64,000 nt of DNA from an uncultured Granulosicoccaceae bacterium. Its GTDB lineage: Bacteria > Pseudomonadota > Gammaproteobacteria > Granulosicoccales > Granulosicoccaceae. Shown here piece after piece: positions 48,773 through 59,113 of the stretch (its first letter is position 1; every line of letters begins with the position of its first letter). The notes below the pieces were generated by a model. The model ran no database searches, was not told where the DNA came from, and worked only from the letters and a program-made list of their open reading frames with translations. A program made the position numbers and the translations under genes. Where the stretch lies: the NCBI GenBank assembly GCA_938035525.1, contig CALHOI010000034.1:3266-67265 (forward strand), given 5' to 3'.

Positions 48773-50242
48773 CTAATTAGATTCGCCAACGCCGCCAAAC
48801 GCCGACACTCTTTCTGGTTCCAGTAGTATTCTTGCACGCGCGTAAATCTTGTCGCTTTCAAGACGGAAGATGGCTGATCCGGGGTTACTGACATCAACGC
48901 TAAGCGGGTCAGAGAATGTTTCGTTGGTTGAGACTTGAATTTCGTAACCGGGTGCAGCCTCTGGTGGGTCGATAACCTCTACCAGGAATTCGTTACCTTG
49001 TCTGCTAACGACAGTGTCAACAGGGCTAACTGAATCATCGATTGCTGCAACGACCAGCTTGGTTGGAGATTTGTAGCCCTTGATGCCATTGATATCGATG
49101 CCACGCACATTCATGAAGTATTCGCCGGCGTCCAAATCATCGCCAACTGAAAATACGCCTTGTTCCTCATTGAATTTGCCGATGACATCCATGCCGTCTT
49201 GATCAGCACTCAAATTAACCAAGTACTGATCAACATCGGAAAGTGCCCACCACGAAACAGTGTCACCAGAGGCCGCTCGTGTGGGTATGTAGCGATAGAC
49301 CACGGCTGGCAGCAGCGCAACTGGGTCAAGCGGGGGAACATTTTCAGCGGCAACAGACCCGAAGCCTTCATCGAGGGGAACATCGTTAACACCAGCCTGG
49401 AGTAGTACTTCGCCCTCAGTCACGCCAACGATAATTTTTTCGCTGGCCGCATTCATCTCGAACATGGTGCCTCGGACCGCCGCTGATGCGTAAGGTGTGT
49501 TGATGGTGAATTCGGTAGGTTGTCCGTCTCGGCGTTGTACGTCTGATGAAACTTCACCTTGAGCTGAGTCGAGCACAATCAGGCAACTGTCGTCTGTTTC
49601 CAGGCAGTTAAGCCGTTCGAGTTTAGCGTGTGTTAAAGGCTGTAGGTTAACCACAGACCCCGAGCCAAACTGCAAACTGGCGAAGCCGTTATCACCGGTT
49701 TTAATCAGTTCTTGCAAATAAACTTTGTCATCGCGCTTTAACGGTTCTTCGTTTTTGCTGACCTCGCCTTTGGTGAAGATGACGGTGGCGAATTGACGTT
49801 CTACCGGCGTGAACAGGGGAATGCGAATGACCTGGCCCGGCGCAATTGGATCAGATTCCTTCATACCATTGAAGCTGGCCAGCATGTTCGACAAACCGGT
49901 TTTGCCGAACTCTCTGCGCGCAATTGATCGCAAAGTATCCCCCGGTTCTGCCACCACGCTGCGCGTAATAATGGTGTCGCTTGCGCTTTGCGCGAACGCC
50001 GAACCGAGCGGCGCTGTTAACACTGTGATCAACACGACAACGAACGCAAGAATGGTGGAGAAGCCAGCGCGCAGTGCAAGCCCCGCCCGCGAATGATTGT
50101 TGCGCGCGTTAGTGACAGATAAACCGGTGCTGTGCTGGATTTGCATTGGTCGCTTCAAGGGCAGTGTATTCATAAGTGAACCATACCGTGAGACAGCATT
50201 TGTTGCCACAGGCTTTGCAGCGTTCGTGAGGTTTTGCCTCAA
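48773..50242 (-). CDS. LysM + FecR domain exported protein (start uncertain, probably downstream)
   Basis: PGDTLRSIARREFG..IAPGQVIRIP LysM; KTGDNG..TPYASAAVRGTMF..VTEGEV FecR; signal ending AFA. Confidence 0.8.
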   Translation of the reverse strand: MRQNLTNAAKPVATNAVSRYGSLMNTLPLKRPMQIQHSTGLSVTNARNNHSRAGLALRAGFSTILAFVVVLITVLTAPLGSAFAQSASDTIITRSVVAEPGDTLRSIARREFGKTGLSNMLASFNGMKESDPIAPGQVIRIPLFTPVERQFATVIFTKGEVSKNEEPLKRDDKVYLQELIKTGDNGFASLQFGSGSVVNLQPLTHAKLERLNCLETDDSCLIVLDSAQGEVSSDVQRRDGQPTEFTINTPYASAAVRGTMFEMNAASEKIIVGVTEGEVLLQAGVNDVPLDEGFGSVAAENVPPLDPVALLPAVVYRYIPTRAASGDTVSWWALSDVDQYLVNLSADQDGMDVIGKFNEEQGVFSVGDDLDAGEYFMNVRGIDINGIKGYKSPTKLVVAAIDDSVSPVDTVVSRQGNEFLVEVIDPPEAAPGYEIQVSTNETFSDPLSVDVSNPGSAIFRLESDKIYARARILLEPERVSAFGGVGESN

Positions 50243-50272
50243 TATGCGGTGTAAATCATTGTAAACTGGGCA

Positions 50273-51694
50273 CTATAGCGCCTTTAGTCGAGTCAATCTG
50301 AGCATATTGGTCGTTCCGGTTCGACCAAAGGGCATGCCAGCGGTTATGGCAATAATTTCGCCCATTTCACCAAAACCCTCTTGTAAAGTGATGTTGATTG
50401 CGTTGGCAACCATTTCGTCAACGTTTGACATTTCGGCTGACAATACCGCATGTACACCCCACACCAAAGCCAGTTTTCGCGCTGTTTCCTGGTATGGCGT
50501 GCACCCTATAACCGGTGCTTCGGGTCGCTCTCTGGCTGCTCGAAAACTGCTAAAGCCAGACTCGGTATAAGTGAACGTTGCTGCCAGTGGAAGGACATTG
50601 GAAATGTGATGCAATGAAGAACTGATTGCATCAGCGACGGTGTCTCCCGGAGCGGGCAAGCTGGCGTCAATAGACTTGCGATAGTAAACGTCTTTTTCTA
50701 CCTCGATAATAATGCGGTTCATTGCGGTGGCAGCTTCGACTGGGTAGTCACCGGCCGCCGTTTCGGCCGATAGCATGACTGCATCGGAACCATCATAAAT
50801 AGCGGTTGCCACATCGGATGATTCAGCCCTTGTTGGTACGGGTGAGCTAATCATGGATTCGAGCATTTGGGTTGCGATAACCACAGGTTTGCCCTCTCGA
50901 CGAGCGTGTCGAACAATTTGGCGTTGTATAACGGGCACTTTTTCCTGTGGCATTTCAACGCCCAAATCGCCTCGAGCCACCATCACCGCATCAGCCAGCT
51001 GGACAATGTCTTTTAAGTGTTTAATGGCTGTTGGTTTTTCCAGTTTTGCCATGATGGCAGCGCGTTGCCCAACCAGGCCGCGCATCTCGGTGATGTCTTC
51101 CGGGCGTTGCACAAACGACAACGCAACCCAATCAACGCCTAATTCGAGCGCGTAGTCCAAGTCGGCCCGGTCTTTTTCTGTGAGTGGTGAAATAGGCAGC
51201 AACACGTCGGGTACATTCACGCCTTTGTTGTTGCTAATGGTCCCGCCGACGACGACTTCAGTAACCGCATGGTTGTCATCGAACTCGACAACTTTTAATC
51301 GAATTTTGCCGTCGTTTACCAGCAGCTGCGAACCGACCTGCATGGCGGCGAAGATCTCAGGGTGGGGCAGATTGACGCGAGTTTCATCACCGTCATCTTC
51401 TTTCATATCGAGCACAAAGCGCTGGCCGGTCTCCAGCTCGGCGGATTTGTTTTTGAACGTACCAACTCGAATTTTTGGACCCTGCAGATCTGCCAGGATG
51501 CCGATAGGCCGTTCGCGGGCTGCCTCGACTTGCCTGATGTAGCCGTGCGTACGCGCATGGTCGGCATGGGTGCCGTGACTGAAGTTCAACCGGAACACGT
51601 CTATGCCTGAATCGAACAGTTCGCCGATTTTCTCCAGCGAGTTGCTGGCTGGGCCCAGTGTGGCAATAATTTTCGCGTCTCTGCGGCGTCTCAT
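50273..51694 (-). CDS. pyk: Pyruvate kinase
   Basis: ATLGPAS, FRLNFSHG, DLQGPKIR, MVARGDLGVE, ATQMLESM, DAVMLSAET. Confidence 0.98.
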   Translation of the reverse strand: MRRRRDAKIIATLGPASNSLEKIGELFDSGIDVFRLNFSHGTHADHARTHGYIRQVEAARERPIGILADLQGPKIRVGTFKNKSAELETGQRFVLDMKEDDGDETRVNLPHPEIFAAMQVGSQLLVNDGKIRLKVVEFDDNHAVTEVVVGGTISNNKGVNVPDVLLPISPLTEKDRADLDYALELGVDWVALSFVQRPEDITEMRGLVGQRAAIMAKLEKPTAIKHLKDIVQLADAVMVARGDLGVEMPQEKVPVIQRQIVRHARREGKPVVIATQMLESMISSPVPTRAESSDVATAIYDGSDAVMLSAETAAGDYPVEAATAMNRIIIEVEKDVYYRKSIDASLPAPGDTVADAISSSLHHISNVLPLAATFTYTESGFSSFRAARERPEAPVIGCTPYQETARKLALVWGVHAVLSAEMSNVDEMVANAINITLQEGFGEMGEIIAITAGMPFGRTGTTNMLRLTRLKAL

Positions 51695-51700
51695 AAGGAT

Positions 51701-51732
51701 ATGTTGGGGTCTATGTTGGGGTCTATGTTGGG
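51701..51732. repeat. 12-bp tandem repeat x~2.7 (atgttggggtct) just upstream of the pyk start
   Basis: Read directly. Confidence 0.75.
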
Positions 51733-51798
51733 ATTCAATTAGATCGCTTATGGATTATTGGTGAAAAGTCGTCGTATTTGTCGATCACAATCAGTATT

Positions 51799-51813
51799 GG
51801 TAGTTCAACTACA
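51799..51813. promoter_or_regulatory. HexR-type palindrome in the pyk/glcD divergent region
   Basis: GGTAGTTCAACTACA; same architecture as the edd/zwf box. Confidence 0.6.
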
Positions 51814-52059
51814 TAACCAGTCAGAGTCGCTGGCAACGCCTGGTTTAAGACAGATTCGAGAATTTTACACGCACGATGTCGCGAACATTAGCATCGGCGT
51901 CATTTTAGCTTATTTTTTGGCTTAGACGTCAGATCAATTGTCATTGCATAGAGCCAGTGCCTGCGCATCACCGCGAATGACGATTGGCAATTTAGGTAGC
52001 AATTTTACTTAGCGGTTTTAGGGTAGGCTATAGACCTAACTGATTGATTAAAAGTTGCT

Positions 52060-53601
52060 ATGTCTCTTCAACCTGCCCAATCTGATTCTCAACCCGATTC
52101 GACCGACGCTGGGTCCAATGGCTCCAGCCAAGCCCGGGCCATAGCGCACAAACGCGAGCGCTACTCGAGCGCTTTGGGCCAGCTGTTACCTATTGGTTGC
52201 ATATTGAACACACCAGAGCAGCTCAAGCCTTACGAATCAGATGGCCTGACCGTGTTTAAAAAAAGCCCGCTGCTGGTGGTATTGCCTGAAACCATTGAAC
52301 AAATTCAGGCTGTTATCAAGTGGGCTAGTAGTGAAATGGTGCCTGTGGTCGCGCGGGGTGCCGGCACCGGATTGTCGGGTGGCGCTTTACCTCATGAAGA
52401 CGGCATCTTATTGGGGCTGGCAAAATTTAACCAGATTCTTGAGCTTAACGTTGAAAAGGGTTTCGCTCGCGTGCAGCCGGGTGTTCGCAATTTAGCCATC
52501 TCTGATGCCGCAAGGTCACATGGTTTGTATTATGCCCCCGACCCGTCATCGCAAATCGCCTGCACCATTGGCGGCAACGTAGCTGAAAATTCCGGTGGGG
52601 TACATTGCCTGAAATACGGTTTAACGGTACACAATGTACTGGCTGTCACCGTTGTCACCATTGACGGTGAGTTGCTGCAAATCGGTTCTAATGCGCTTGA
52701 CAGTGCAGGCTATGACTTACTGGCATTGCTTAATGGCTCTGAAGGTATGCTGGCAGTGGTTGTCGAGGTCATCGTCAAGCTATTGCCGACACCACCTTGT
52801 GCAAAGCTGGTTATGGCCGCTTTTAACAGCGTTGAAGACGCCGGTAATGCGGTTGGGCAGGTCATTGCTGCTGGCATTATTCCGGCCGGTTTAGAACTAA
52901 TGGATAAACCGGCCATGCAGGCTGCCGAAGCCTTTGCGCAGTGTGGCTACCCAGTTGACTCTGCTGCTTTGTTGTTGTGCGAACTTGATGGACTTGAAGA
53001 GGAAGTGAGTGCGCAAATCGATGGCGTCACAACCGTGTTCAAATCGTGCAATGTATCTGAATTGCGGGTAGCTGAATCTGAAGAAGAACGATTGTTGTTG
53101 TGGAAGGGTCGCAAGTCGGCGTTTCCCGCCGTGGGTCGATTAGCGCCGGACTACTATTGCATCGATGGCACCATACCGCGCGGGCAATTGCCTTATGTAT
53201 TAAGGCGCATGGAACAACTGTCAGCAGAGTATCAATTGCCCATTGCAAATGTGTTCCATGCAGGCGATGGCAATCTGCACCCACTTATATTATTTGATGC
53301 AAACGTGCCGGGCGAAACCCAACGCACAGAAGAATTGGGCAGTCGTATTTTGCTGCTGTGCGTGGAAGTCGGTGGTACGGTTACCGGCGAACACGGCGTT
53401 GGTGTAGAAAAAATCAACGAGATGTGTGTGCAATTCGACGAAGCATCACTGCAACAGTTTCATGCAATCAAGGTGGCGTTTGACCCGGACAGCTTACTCA
53501 ATCCTGGTAAAGCCGTGCCCACCTTACAGCGGTGCGCCGAGTTCGGCGCTATGCACGTGCATCGCGGCGAATTACCATTCCCAGAACTGGAAAGATTCTA
53601 G
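52060..53601 (+). CDS. glcD: Glycolate oxidase subunit GlcD
   Basis: ARGAGTGLSGGA, YAPDPSSQIAC, HCLKYG, FHAGDGNLHP, GEHGVG, LNPGK. Confidence 0.95.
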   Translation: MSLQPAQSDSQPDSTDAGSNGSSQARAIAHKRERYSSALGQLLPIGCILNTPEQLKPYESDGLTVFKKSPLLVVLPETIEQIQAVIKWASSEMVPVVARGAGTGLSGGALPHEDGILLGLAKFNQILELNVEKGFARVQPGVRNLAISDAARSHGLYYAPDPSSQIACTIGGNVAENSGGVHCLKYGLTVHNVLAVTVVTIDGELLQIGSNALDSAGYDLLALLNGSEGMLAVVVEVIVKLLPTPPCAKLVMAAFNSVEDAGNAVGQVIAAGIIPAGLELMDKPAMQAAEAFAQCGYPVDSAALLLCELDGLEEEVSAQIDGVTTVFKSCNVSELRVAESEEERLLLWKGRKSAFPAVGRLAPDYYCIDGTIPRGQLPYVLRRMEQLSAEYQLPIANVFHAGDGNLHPLILFDANVPGETQRTEELGSRILLLCVEVGGTVTGEHGVGVEKINEMCVQFDEASLQQFHAIKVAFDPDSLLNPGKAVPTLQRCAEFGAMHVHRGELPFPELERF

Positions 53602-53604
53602 CGC

Positions 53605-54693
53605 GTGCAAAATCAGGATCAAACAGACGAACTGGTTGCTCAGGTCAATCAGGCAATTGAGACAAAAACGGCAATCAATATCACCGGAGGTGGCAGCAAA
53701 GCGTTCTTGGGCAGAAGCCAGGACGCGCAAGTGTTGAACACCAGTGCTCATGTGGGTGTGGTGAATTATGAACCGACCGAATTGGTCGTCACGGTTCGAA
53801 CCGGTACGCCAATGGGTGAGCTAAACGAGTTGTTAAGGCAAAACGGTCAAGCCTTGCCGTTTGAACCCCCCGTACTCGAAACAGGCACCATTGGTGGTGT
53901 ACTGGCATGCGGATTGTCTGGTCCTGCCAGGCCATTTGCGGGTTCGGCTCGCGACTATGTGTTGGGTATGCGGGTTATAAACGGGCAAGGCCAGGCTTTA
54001 CGATTTGGTGGCGAAGTCATGAAAAATGTGGCCGGCTACGATGCGGCCAGATTGCACGTGGGTGCGTTTGGTTCTCTGGGCGTCTTGCTGGAAACATCAA
54101 TGAAAGTGTTGCCACTACCTGAAGCGCAAGTCACGCTTAAACACGAATTAAGCAAGCCTAATGACAACACGGCATTGGTAAAGATGATGCGTCAACCTTT
54201 ACCGTTAAGTGCAGCAGCAATCATTAACCGGTCGCAGTATATTCGCCTTAGTGGCAGTGACTCTGCCGTGCGTGCAGCGGCCAAAACCTGCGGTGGCGAA
54301 GTGGTGCCTGAGGGTGAAGCATTCTGGCAAAGTATTCGCGAGATTAATCACTCGTTTTTCAATGACAATCGTCCGCTATGGCGTTTGAGTGTGCCCGAAT
54401 TTTGTCCCGCTATAAGTATCGATGGTAGTACTGAAAGTGATTGGTTGTTGGATTGGGCGGGCGCTCAACGTTTTTTAAAGACAGATGCCGATGCTGCATC
54501 CATTTACGCGGCTGCAGCCTCAGTGGCCGGTCATGCAACTTGCTACAGTGCGAATAGAGTTGCCGGCAATGCGTCTTTGTTTCAACCGTTGGAAGGTGCG
54601 ATGATGTCACTGCAAGCAAGGTTACGGGACAGCTTTGATGCGCATCGATTGTTTAACCCTGGCCGCTTTCATCCCGAATTGGACAACAACTGA
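53605..54693 (+). CDS. glcE: Glycolate oxidase subunit GlcE
   Basis: YEPTELV, LPFEPP, GLSGPARP, GGEVMKNVAGYD, FNPGR. Confidence 0.95.
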   Translation: MQNQDQTDELVAQVNQAIETKTAINITGGGSKAFLGRSQDAQVLNTSAHVGVVNYEPTELVVTVRTGTPMGELNELLRQNGQALPFEPPVLETGTIGGVLACGLSGPARPFAGSARDYVLGMRVINGQGQALRFGGEVMKNVAGYDAARLHVGAFGSLGVLLETSMKVLPLPEAQVTLKHELSKPNDNTALVKMMRQPLPLSAAAIINRSQYIRLSGSDSAVRAAAKTCGGEVVPEGEAFWQSIREINHSFFNDNRPLWRLSVPEFCPAISIDGSTESDWLLDWAGAQRFLKTDADAASIYAAAASVAGHATCYSANRVAGNASLFQPLEGAMMSLQARLRDSFDAHRLFNPGRFHPELDNN

Positions 54694-55947
54694 ATGCAAA
54701 CTTCGATTGCTCCTGAACTCGCTAACGATGCGCGTGTTATCGATGCTGAAAAAACGCTGCGTAAGTGTGTTCACTGCGGTTTTTGTCTGGCCACGTGTCC
54801 CACTTATAATTTGCTTGGAGATGAGCTGGATAGCCCACGCGGCAGAATTTACCTGATTAAGCAAATAGTAGAAGGTGCGACACCCACCAGCGAAACAATG
54901 ACCCACCTGGACCGGTGTCTGACTTGCCGAAATTGTGAAACGACCTGTCCCTCAGGTGTTGAGTATGGGCACCTGCTCGACAACGGCCGTTCTCTGGTGG
55001 AAGAACAAGTCAGTCGACCACTGCACACGCGTTTGCTACGCAAAACCATTTTATCTGTGTTGCCCTTCAAGGCACGCGTTACTCCATTGGTGAAGCTGGG
55101 GCAAACAGTGACGTCGTTTGTGCCATGGTTGTTGCCGGCGAAACTAAAGGCGAGTGTACCGGCAAAGCAAACCCCCGGTGAGTGGCCGAGCCCACAACAT
55201 CATCGGCACATGTTGGTGCTCGACGGTTGTGTGCAGCCTGCCATGGCACCTGCAACCAACGCCGCTGCAGCCAGAGTTTTAAACGCCTTGGGTATTGATT
55301 TAATCAACATTGAAAAGTCGGGCTGTTGCGGCGCTGTGCATTTTCATTTAAACGAACAGAATAATGCAAAAGATTTTATGCGCCGAAACATTGATGCATG
55401 GTGGCCGCACATCGAGAACGGTGCCGAAGCGATTATCACCACTGCCAGTGGTTGTGGTGTCATGGTAAAAGATTATGGTCATGTGCTTGCCGACGATGAG
55501 CAGTACAAAGAGAAAGCCGCGCGTGCTAGTGCGCTGTGTAAAGATGTAGTGGAAGTTATTGAAGAGCAGGATCTATCGCTGTTTGAATCACTTGCCAAAA
55601 AGCGATCTTTACCTGTATCGGAAGAATTTGGCCCCATTGCATTCCATCCTCCGTGCACACTGCAGCACGGTCAGAAGTTACCCGACGTGACTGAAAAAGT
55701 ATTACGCGGTATTGGCTTTAATTTGGTGCCAGTGCAAGATGCACATCTGTGCTGCGGTTCAGCGGGCACGTATTCCATTTTTCAACCAGAGTTAAGTCAG
55801 CAACTCAAACAAAATAAACTCACAGGTTTAACCACTAACGCTCCTAAAACGATTGCCACCGCCAATATCGGTTGCCAGCTTCATTTGCAGTCAGGCACAC
55901 AAACACCGGTGGTGCATTGGATTGAGCTGCTTGATCGGTTACTGTAA
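54694..55947 (+). CDS. glcF: Glycolate oxidase iron-sulfur subunit GlcF
   Basis: CVHCGFCLATCP, CLTCRNCETTCP, CCG domains. Confidence 0.95.
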   Translation: MQTSIAPELANDARVIDAEKTLRKCVHCGFCLATCPTYNLLGDELDSPRGRIYLIKQIVEGATPTSETMTHLDRCLTCRNCETTCPSGVEYGHLLDNGRSLVEEQVSRPLHTRLLRKTILSVLPFKARVTPLVKLGQTVTSFVPWLLPAKLKASVPAKQTPGEWPSPQHHRHMLVLDGCVQPAMAPATNAAAARVLNALGIDLINIEKSGCCGAVHFHLNEQNNAKDFMRRNIDAWWPHIENGAEAIITTASGCGVMVKDYGHVLADDEQYKEKAARASALCKDVVEVIEEQDLSLFESLAKKRSLPVSEEFGPIAFHPPCTLQHGQKLPDVTEKVLRGIGFNLVPVQDAHLCCGSAGTYSIFQPELSQQLKQNKLTGLTTNAPKTIATANIGCQLHLQSGTQTPVVHWIELLDRLL

Positions 55948-56103
55948 ATCGCTAATGTGCTTAAAACTATGTGATCTGGTTCACTTTGTAGAGTCGGGCC
56001 AAGGTCACTGTTGGCAGAAACAACACCGCCGCCACTGGGCATTCTTAGGCGATTCAAAACAGTGCCGACACATAGGCAGGACTTTTGAATCAGGTTACAT
56101 GCC

Positions 56104-57561
56104 GTGTTGTTGTCAATCAAACCCAGTGCTGTTAGAGCTTCTGTAACGCGTGCCTTTCGCACGACTTTAGGCCTTATGTCTGTCGCTGTCGTCACCGCGT
56201 GTGGCGGTGGTGGTAGTGGTGGTGGAGGGACGATGAACGCACCCGTTGAACTTGGCGCAGCCTTACCCGATCAAGGTGATTACATTGCTCTGGTACAGCA
56301 AACCTTGAGTTTGTCTGAATCTGATCGCACGGGTTCAGTGACGGTGGCTCGCAGTGGCAGCGCGATGGCCGCCAGCTCGGTTAGCTATCGATTTGTCTCC
56401 GGGTCTGCAACGGCTGATACCGACTATCGGGGCAGCAGCGGTACGCTGAGCTGGTCGGCAGGCGATACCAGTGTTCGTACCATTGATTTTCTGGTGGAGT
56501 CAGATGTTGAATCTGAAGCAGATGAATCGTTCAGCGTGCAATTGTTTGATGTTGTCGGCGCTGAACAGTTAGGCATCAATGACCGCAGCGTGGTTACCAT
56601 CAATGATGCGCCGTGTAATGCAGCATTTCCAAACGCTGTTGGTATGAACACAGAATTGTCGGCACCTTGTTATCGACTAAGCGGTTCTGCGGCGATAAGT
56701 GGCTCAGCTCAATTGAGTATTGCGGCGGGAACCACCATCATTGCTGACGCACAAGCATCGATCACGGTTGAGGGCAACTCGGTTCTGAACAGCGGCGGTT
56801 CTGCAAAGCTGCCCGTGACGTTTAAGGGCGTCAGTGATCAAGGTGGACTCTGGCAAGGAATAACGTTGGAGAGTAGCAGCGCCTTACACCGAGTTGTTCA
56901 TACCGAATTTAATCACGCGCAAGATGCCTTAGCTTTAACCTCGGGTGGTTTCGCGGCGCTGTCAAACAACCACTTTAATAACAATGCTGGCGCGGCGATT
57001 GTATTACCGCTGGTTGATGCTGACACGATAGGCACACAAAATACCTTTACCGATACCGCCGGTGGCATAGCGTTGACGGGCAGTGTGATAGAGGCTAATC
57101 AGTCAGTGCAGCTGGCAGCCCAATCAACCTATTATGTTCTGGCCCAATCGCTGGTGAATTCTGGCACATTGTCTTTGGCTGCTGGCACAGAGCTCGCCAT
57201 AGCCGACAATGTCAGTGTGCTGGTGCTAAGCACTGGTGCCATTAACGCCGTTGGTACCGAGCAGGCCCCTATTGTTATTCGTGGTGTGGAAGACGTGCAG
57301 GGCTACTGGGATGGTTTTCAGTACGTGTCCAGCAGCAGCGCGGCTAATCGCTTCGAATACACCGCCATATCCAATGGTGGTGGCGACCCGGCAAGGCCCG
57401 GCAACCTGATTGTCGATGGCCTGGGTACCCGAATAACACTGCAACACTGTGCGTTAACGCACAGCGCAGGCTATGGCATTTTGTACGATTCAGCTGATTT
57501 TGAAGTCAATCAATCTGACGTTTCTTTTGATCAAAACAGGCTCGGTGAACAGAGTCTGTGA
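56104..57561 (+). CDS. Lipoprotein with Calx-beta-like domain and beta-helix-like repeats
   Basis: VTAC-GGGG lipobox; GSATADTDY..GTLSW..EADESFSVQL Calx-beta; two PxxFxG..GxWxG repeats. Confidence 0.65.
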   Translation: MLLSIKPSAVRASVTRAFRTTLGLMSVAVVTACGGGGSGGGGTMNAPVELGAALPDQGDYIALVQQTLSLSESDRTGSVTVARSGSAMAASSVSYRFVSGSATADTDYRGSSGTLSWSAGDTSVRTIDFLVESDVESEADESFSVQLFDVVGAEQLGINDRSVVTINDAPCNAAFPNAVGMNTELSAPCYRLSGSAAISGSAQLSIAAGTTIIADAQASITVEGNSVLNSGGSAKLPVTFKGVSDQGGLWQGITLESSSALHRVVHTEFNHAQDALALTSGGFAALSNNHFNNNAGAAIVLPLVDADTIGTQNTFTDTAGGIALTGSVIEANQSVQLAAQSTYYVLAQSLVNSGTLSLAAGTELAIADNVSVLVLSTGAINAVGTEQAPIVIRGVEDVQGYWDGFQYVSSSSAANRFEYTAISNGGGDPARPGNLIVDGLGTRITLQHCALTHSAGYGILYDSADFEVNQSDVSFDQNRLGEQSL

Positions 57562-57740
57562 CCTAATTCCTCCCAGTTCGAGTGGTTTGTCTGAATTTGA
57601 CTCAACGGTAGTGGAGGTCTGACCATCTTGCTGCAACTCTGCGAACTGGGTTGCCATATCATCACTGTGTAAGTGATACTTTTCGCTCCGACGTTATCGG
57701 AATTGGCCGGTAATCTATTTTTATGTCTGGAGCTGCTGCT

Positions 57741-57959
57741 ATGAAGCGCACCTTTGATTTTATTGGTTTGAATTCGGTTATTTCTGAATCATTCAAACCG
57801 TTGCACCACGTTACCGCTTCTTCGGCCCGCAAAGCCGGTATGGACGCTGGTATCAAGGGCACAACGCCGGCAAACTGCCACCACTCCTACTTCACCACGA
57901 AAGAGCTCGAGAAAGAGTGGTACCGTGGCTACCGTATGGGCAAGCAAAACCGCGAATAA
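57741..57959 (+). CDS. Small basic protein, ribosome modulation factor (Rmf/CrpP)-like
   Basis: GMDAGIKG-x5-C...WYRGYR resembles RMF GYQAGIAG-x5-C...WLGGWR; GGAG upstream, terminator downstream. Confidence 0.5.
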   Translation: MKRTFDFIGLNSVISESFKPLHHVTASSARKAGMDAGIKGTTPANCHHSYFTTKELEKEWYRGYRMGKQNRE

Positions 57960-57963
57960 AGAG

Positions 57964-58000
57964 GAATGCCGGTTGGGATAGCCCAACGGGCATTCATTTT
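57964..58000 (+). terminator. Intrinsic terminator
   Basis: gaatgccggttggg-atag-cccaacgggcattc hairpin followed by a T-run. Confidence 0.7.
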
Positions 58001-58050
58001 GGTTTAAACGAGGCTACTCAATCGCGCCATTGCGTTGTAAAATTGGCAGA

Positions 58051-58401
58051 ATGAGCTGCCTTGAACTAGACGACAATGACATCTTGAAAGTAGCCAACCC
58101 AATGATGGATGACATCATCAGGGGCGTGGCGCGTCGAGATTACTCCCTCTATTCCTGTCACTTTTCAGTCGATCTGAAAAGCCTTGGCGGGCCAGATGAT
58201 TTTCTGGCCCAGTGTGACAAGTACGCGGCCGACTGGGGTTCACCCGGTGAGCGCGACTTGGTGGCGATCTTCAGAAAACAAAAAAGCTTCACCCTGATTT
58301 GGAATCAGCGCTTCAGTGGCACCGATGGGCAAGTTATGTCCATGATGAGCGTAGCTTTGAAAGGTGGGCGGTATTTTGTTGATCAATTACTGCTACATTA
58401 A
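58051..58401 (+). CDS. Conserved hypothetical protein (NTF2/DUF3887-like)
   Basis: ANPMMDDI..RDY..HFS..RDLVAIFRK..WNQRF pattern; probable ATG at 58051. Confidence 0.6.
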   Translation: MSCLELDDNDILKVANPMMDDIIRGVARRDYSLYSCHFSVDLKSLGGPDDFLAQCDKYAADWGSPGERDLVAIFRKQKSFTLIWNQRFSGTDGQVMSMMSVALKGGRYFVDQLLLH

Positions 58402-58419
58402 TCAGTACTCTGTTCACAA

Positions 58420-58447
58420 CTGTTGCCGCCTGATCCGGCGGCAACGG
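58420..58447. terminator. GC-rich hairpin between convergent genes
   Basis: ctgttgccgcc-tgatcc-ggcggcaacgg; weak T-tail. Confidence 0.5.
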
Positions 58448-58461
58448 TGTATGCAGGTTAG

Positions 58462-59113
58462 TTAGAAATGGAAACGAAAACCCCCACCAAACGTTAACTC
58501 GTCGATCAGGTCTGCGCCAAAGTACAGCTCGCCAGCACCGATGGCTTTGACAACACCCCCACCAAAGCCGAATTCGGTTTCATCGAAGCCAATTGCATCG
58601 AACTTGTGCATGCCGACATTGGCGTACCAACCGAGCTCGCTTGTGCCTAATTGAGCACCACTGAAAAGCGCTTCTACTGCGATGACATCGAAATCGGCGG
58701 TATTGCCAAAGTCATCTTCCAATGTCGATTGATGAAAGGAGGCTTTTACGGCAAAGTCTGCAGATTGTGTGATGCCATCAAGTTGATAAAAAACGCCAAT
58801 GCCAAACCCTTGCGTATCCACGCCTTCAAGTTCGTCAAATTCGGTTTTACCAAAATCCAGGAATACGACGGCTTCTGGCGAGAATTTATAGTTGAACCGA
58901 CCACCAATATAGGAGTAGCCGGTTTTCGTCAAAATCTCCCGTGACATAACCAACTTCAATAGATGTGTCTGGAGCAGTTTGAATGTCGGCTTAACGGCCG
59001 GATGGTAAGCCAAAATACTCTGCCACTGCACTTGTTTGGCTTAGCACGTACACCAGCGCACCGAAGGATGCTTTTGCGAGGGTAGATGTTGATATTATTG
59101 TTGTTGCTTGCAC
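58462..59113 (-). pseudogene. Outer-membrane beta-barrel protein gene disrupted by a nonsense codon and a one-base frameshift
   Basis: AGGAG RBS and GTG at 59113 give a signal peptide (..QTSAVA-EYFGLPSGR), then TAA at 58993-58991; reading continues to ..GDFDE, then shifts near the A4 run (58923-58926) into the frame ending GFRFHF. Span is 652 nt = 3n+1. Confidence 0.8.

Noticed and set aside
58462-59031. 189-aa ORF as an intact gene
   Set aside because: Its N-terminus is out-of-frame sequence of a disrupted longer gene and lacks a signal peptide.
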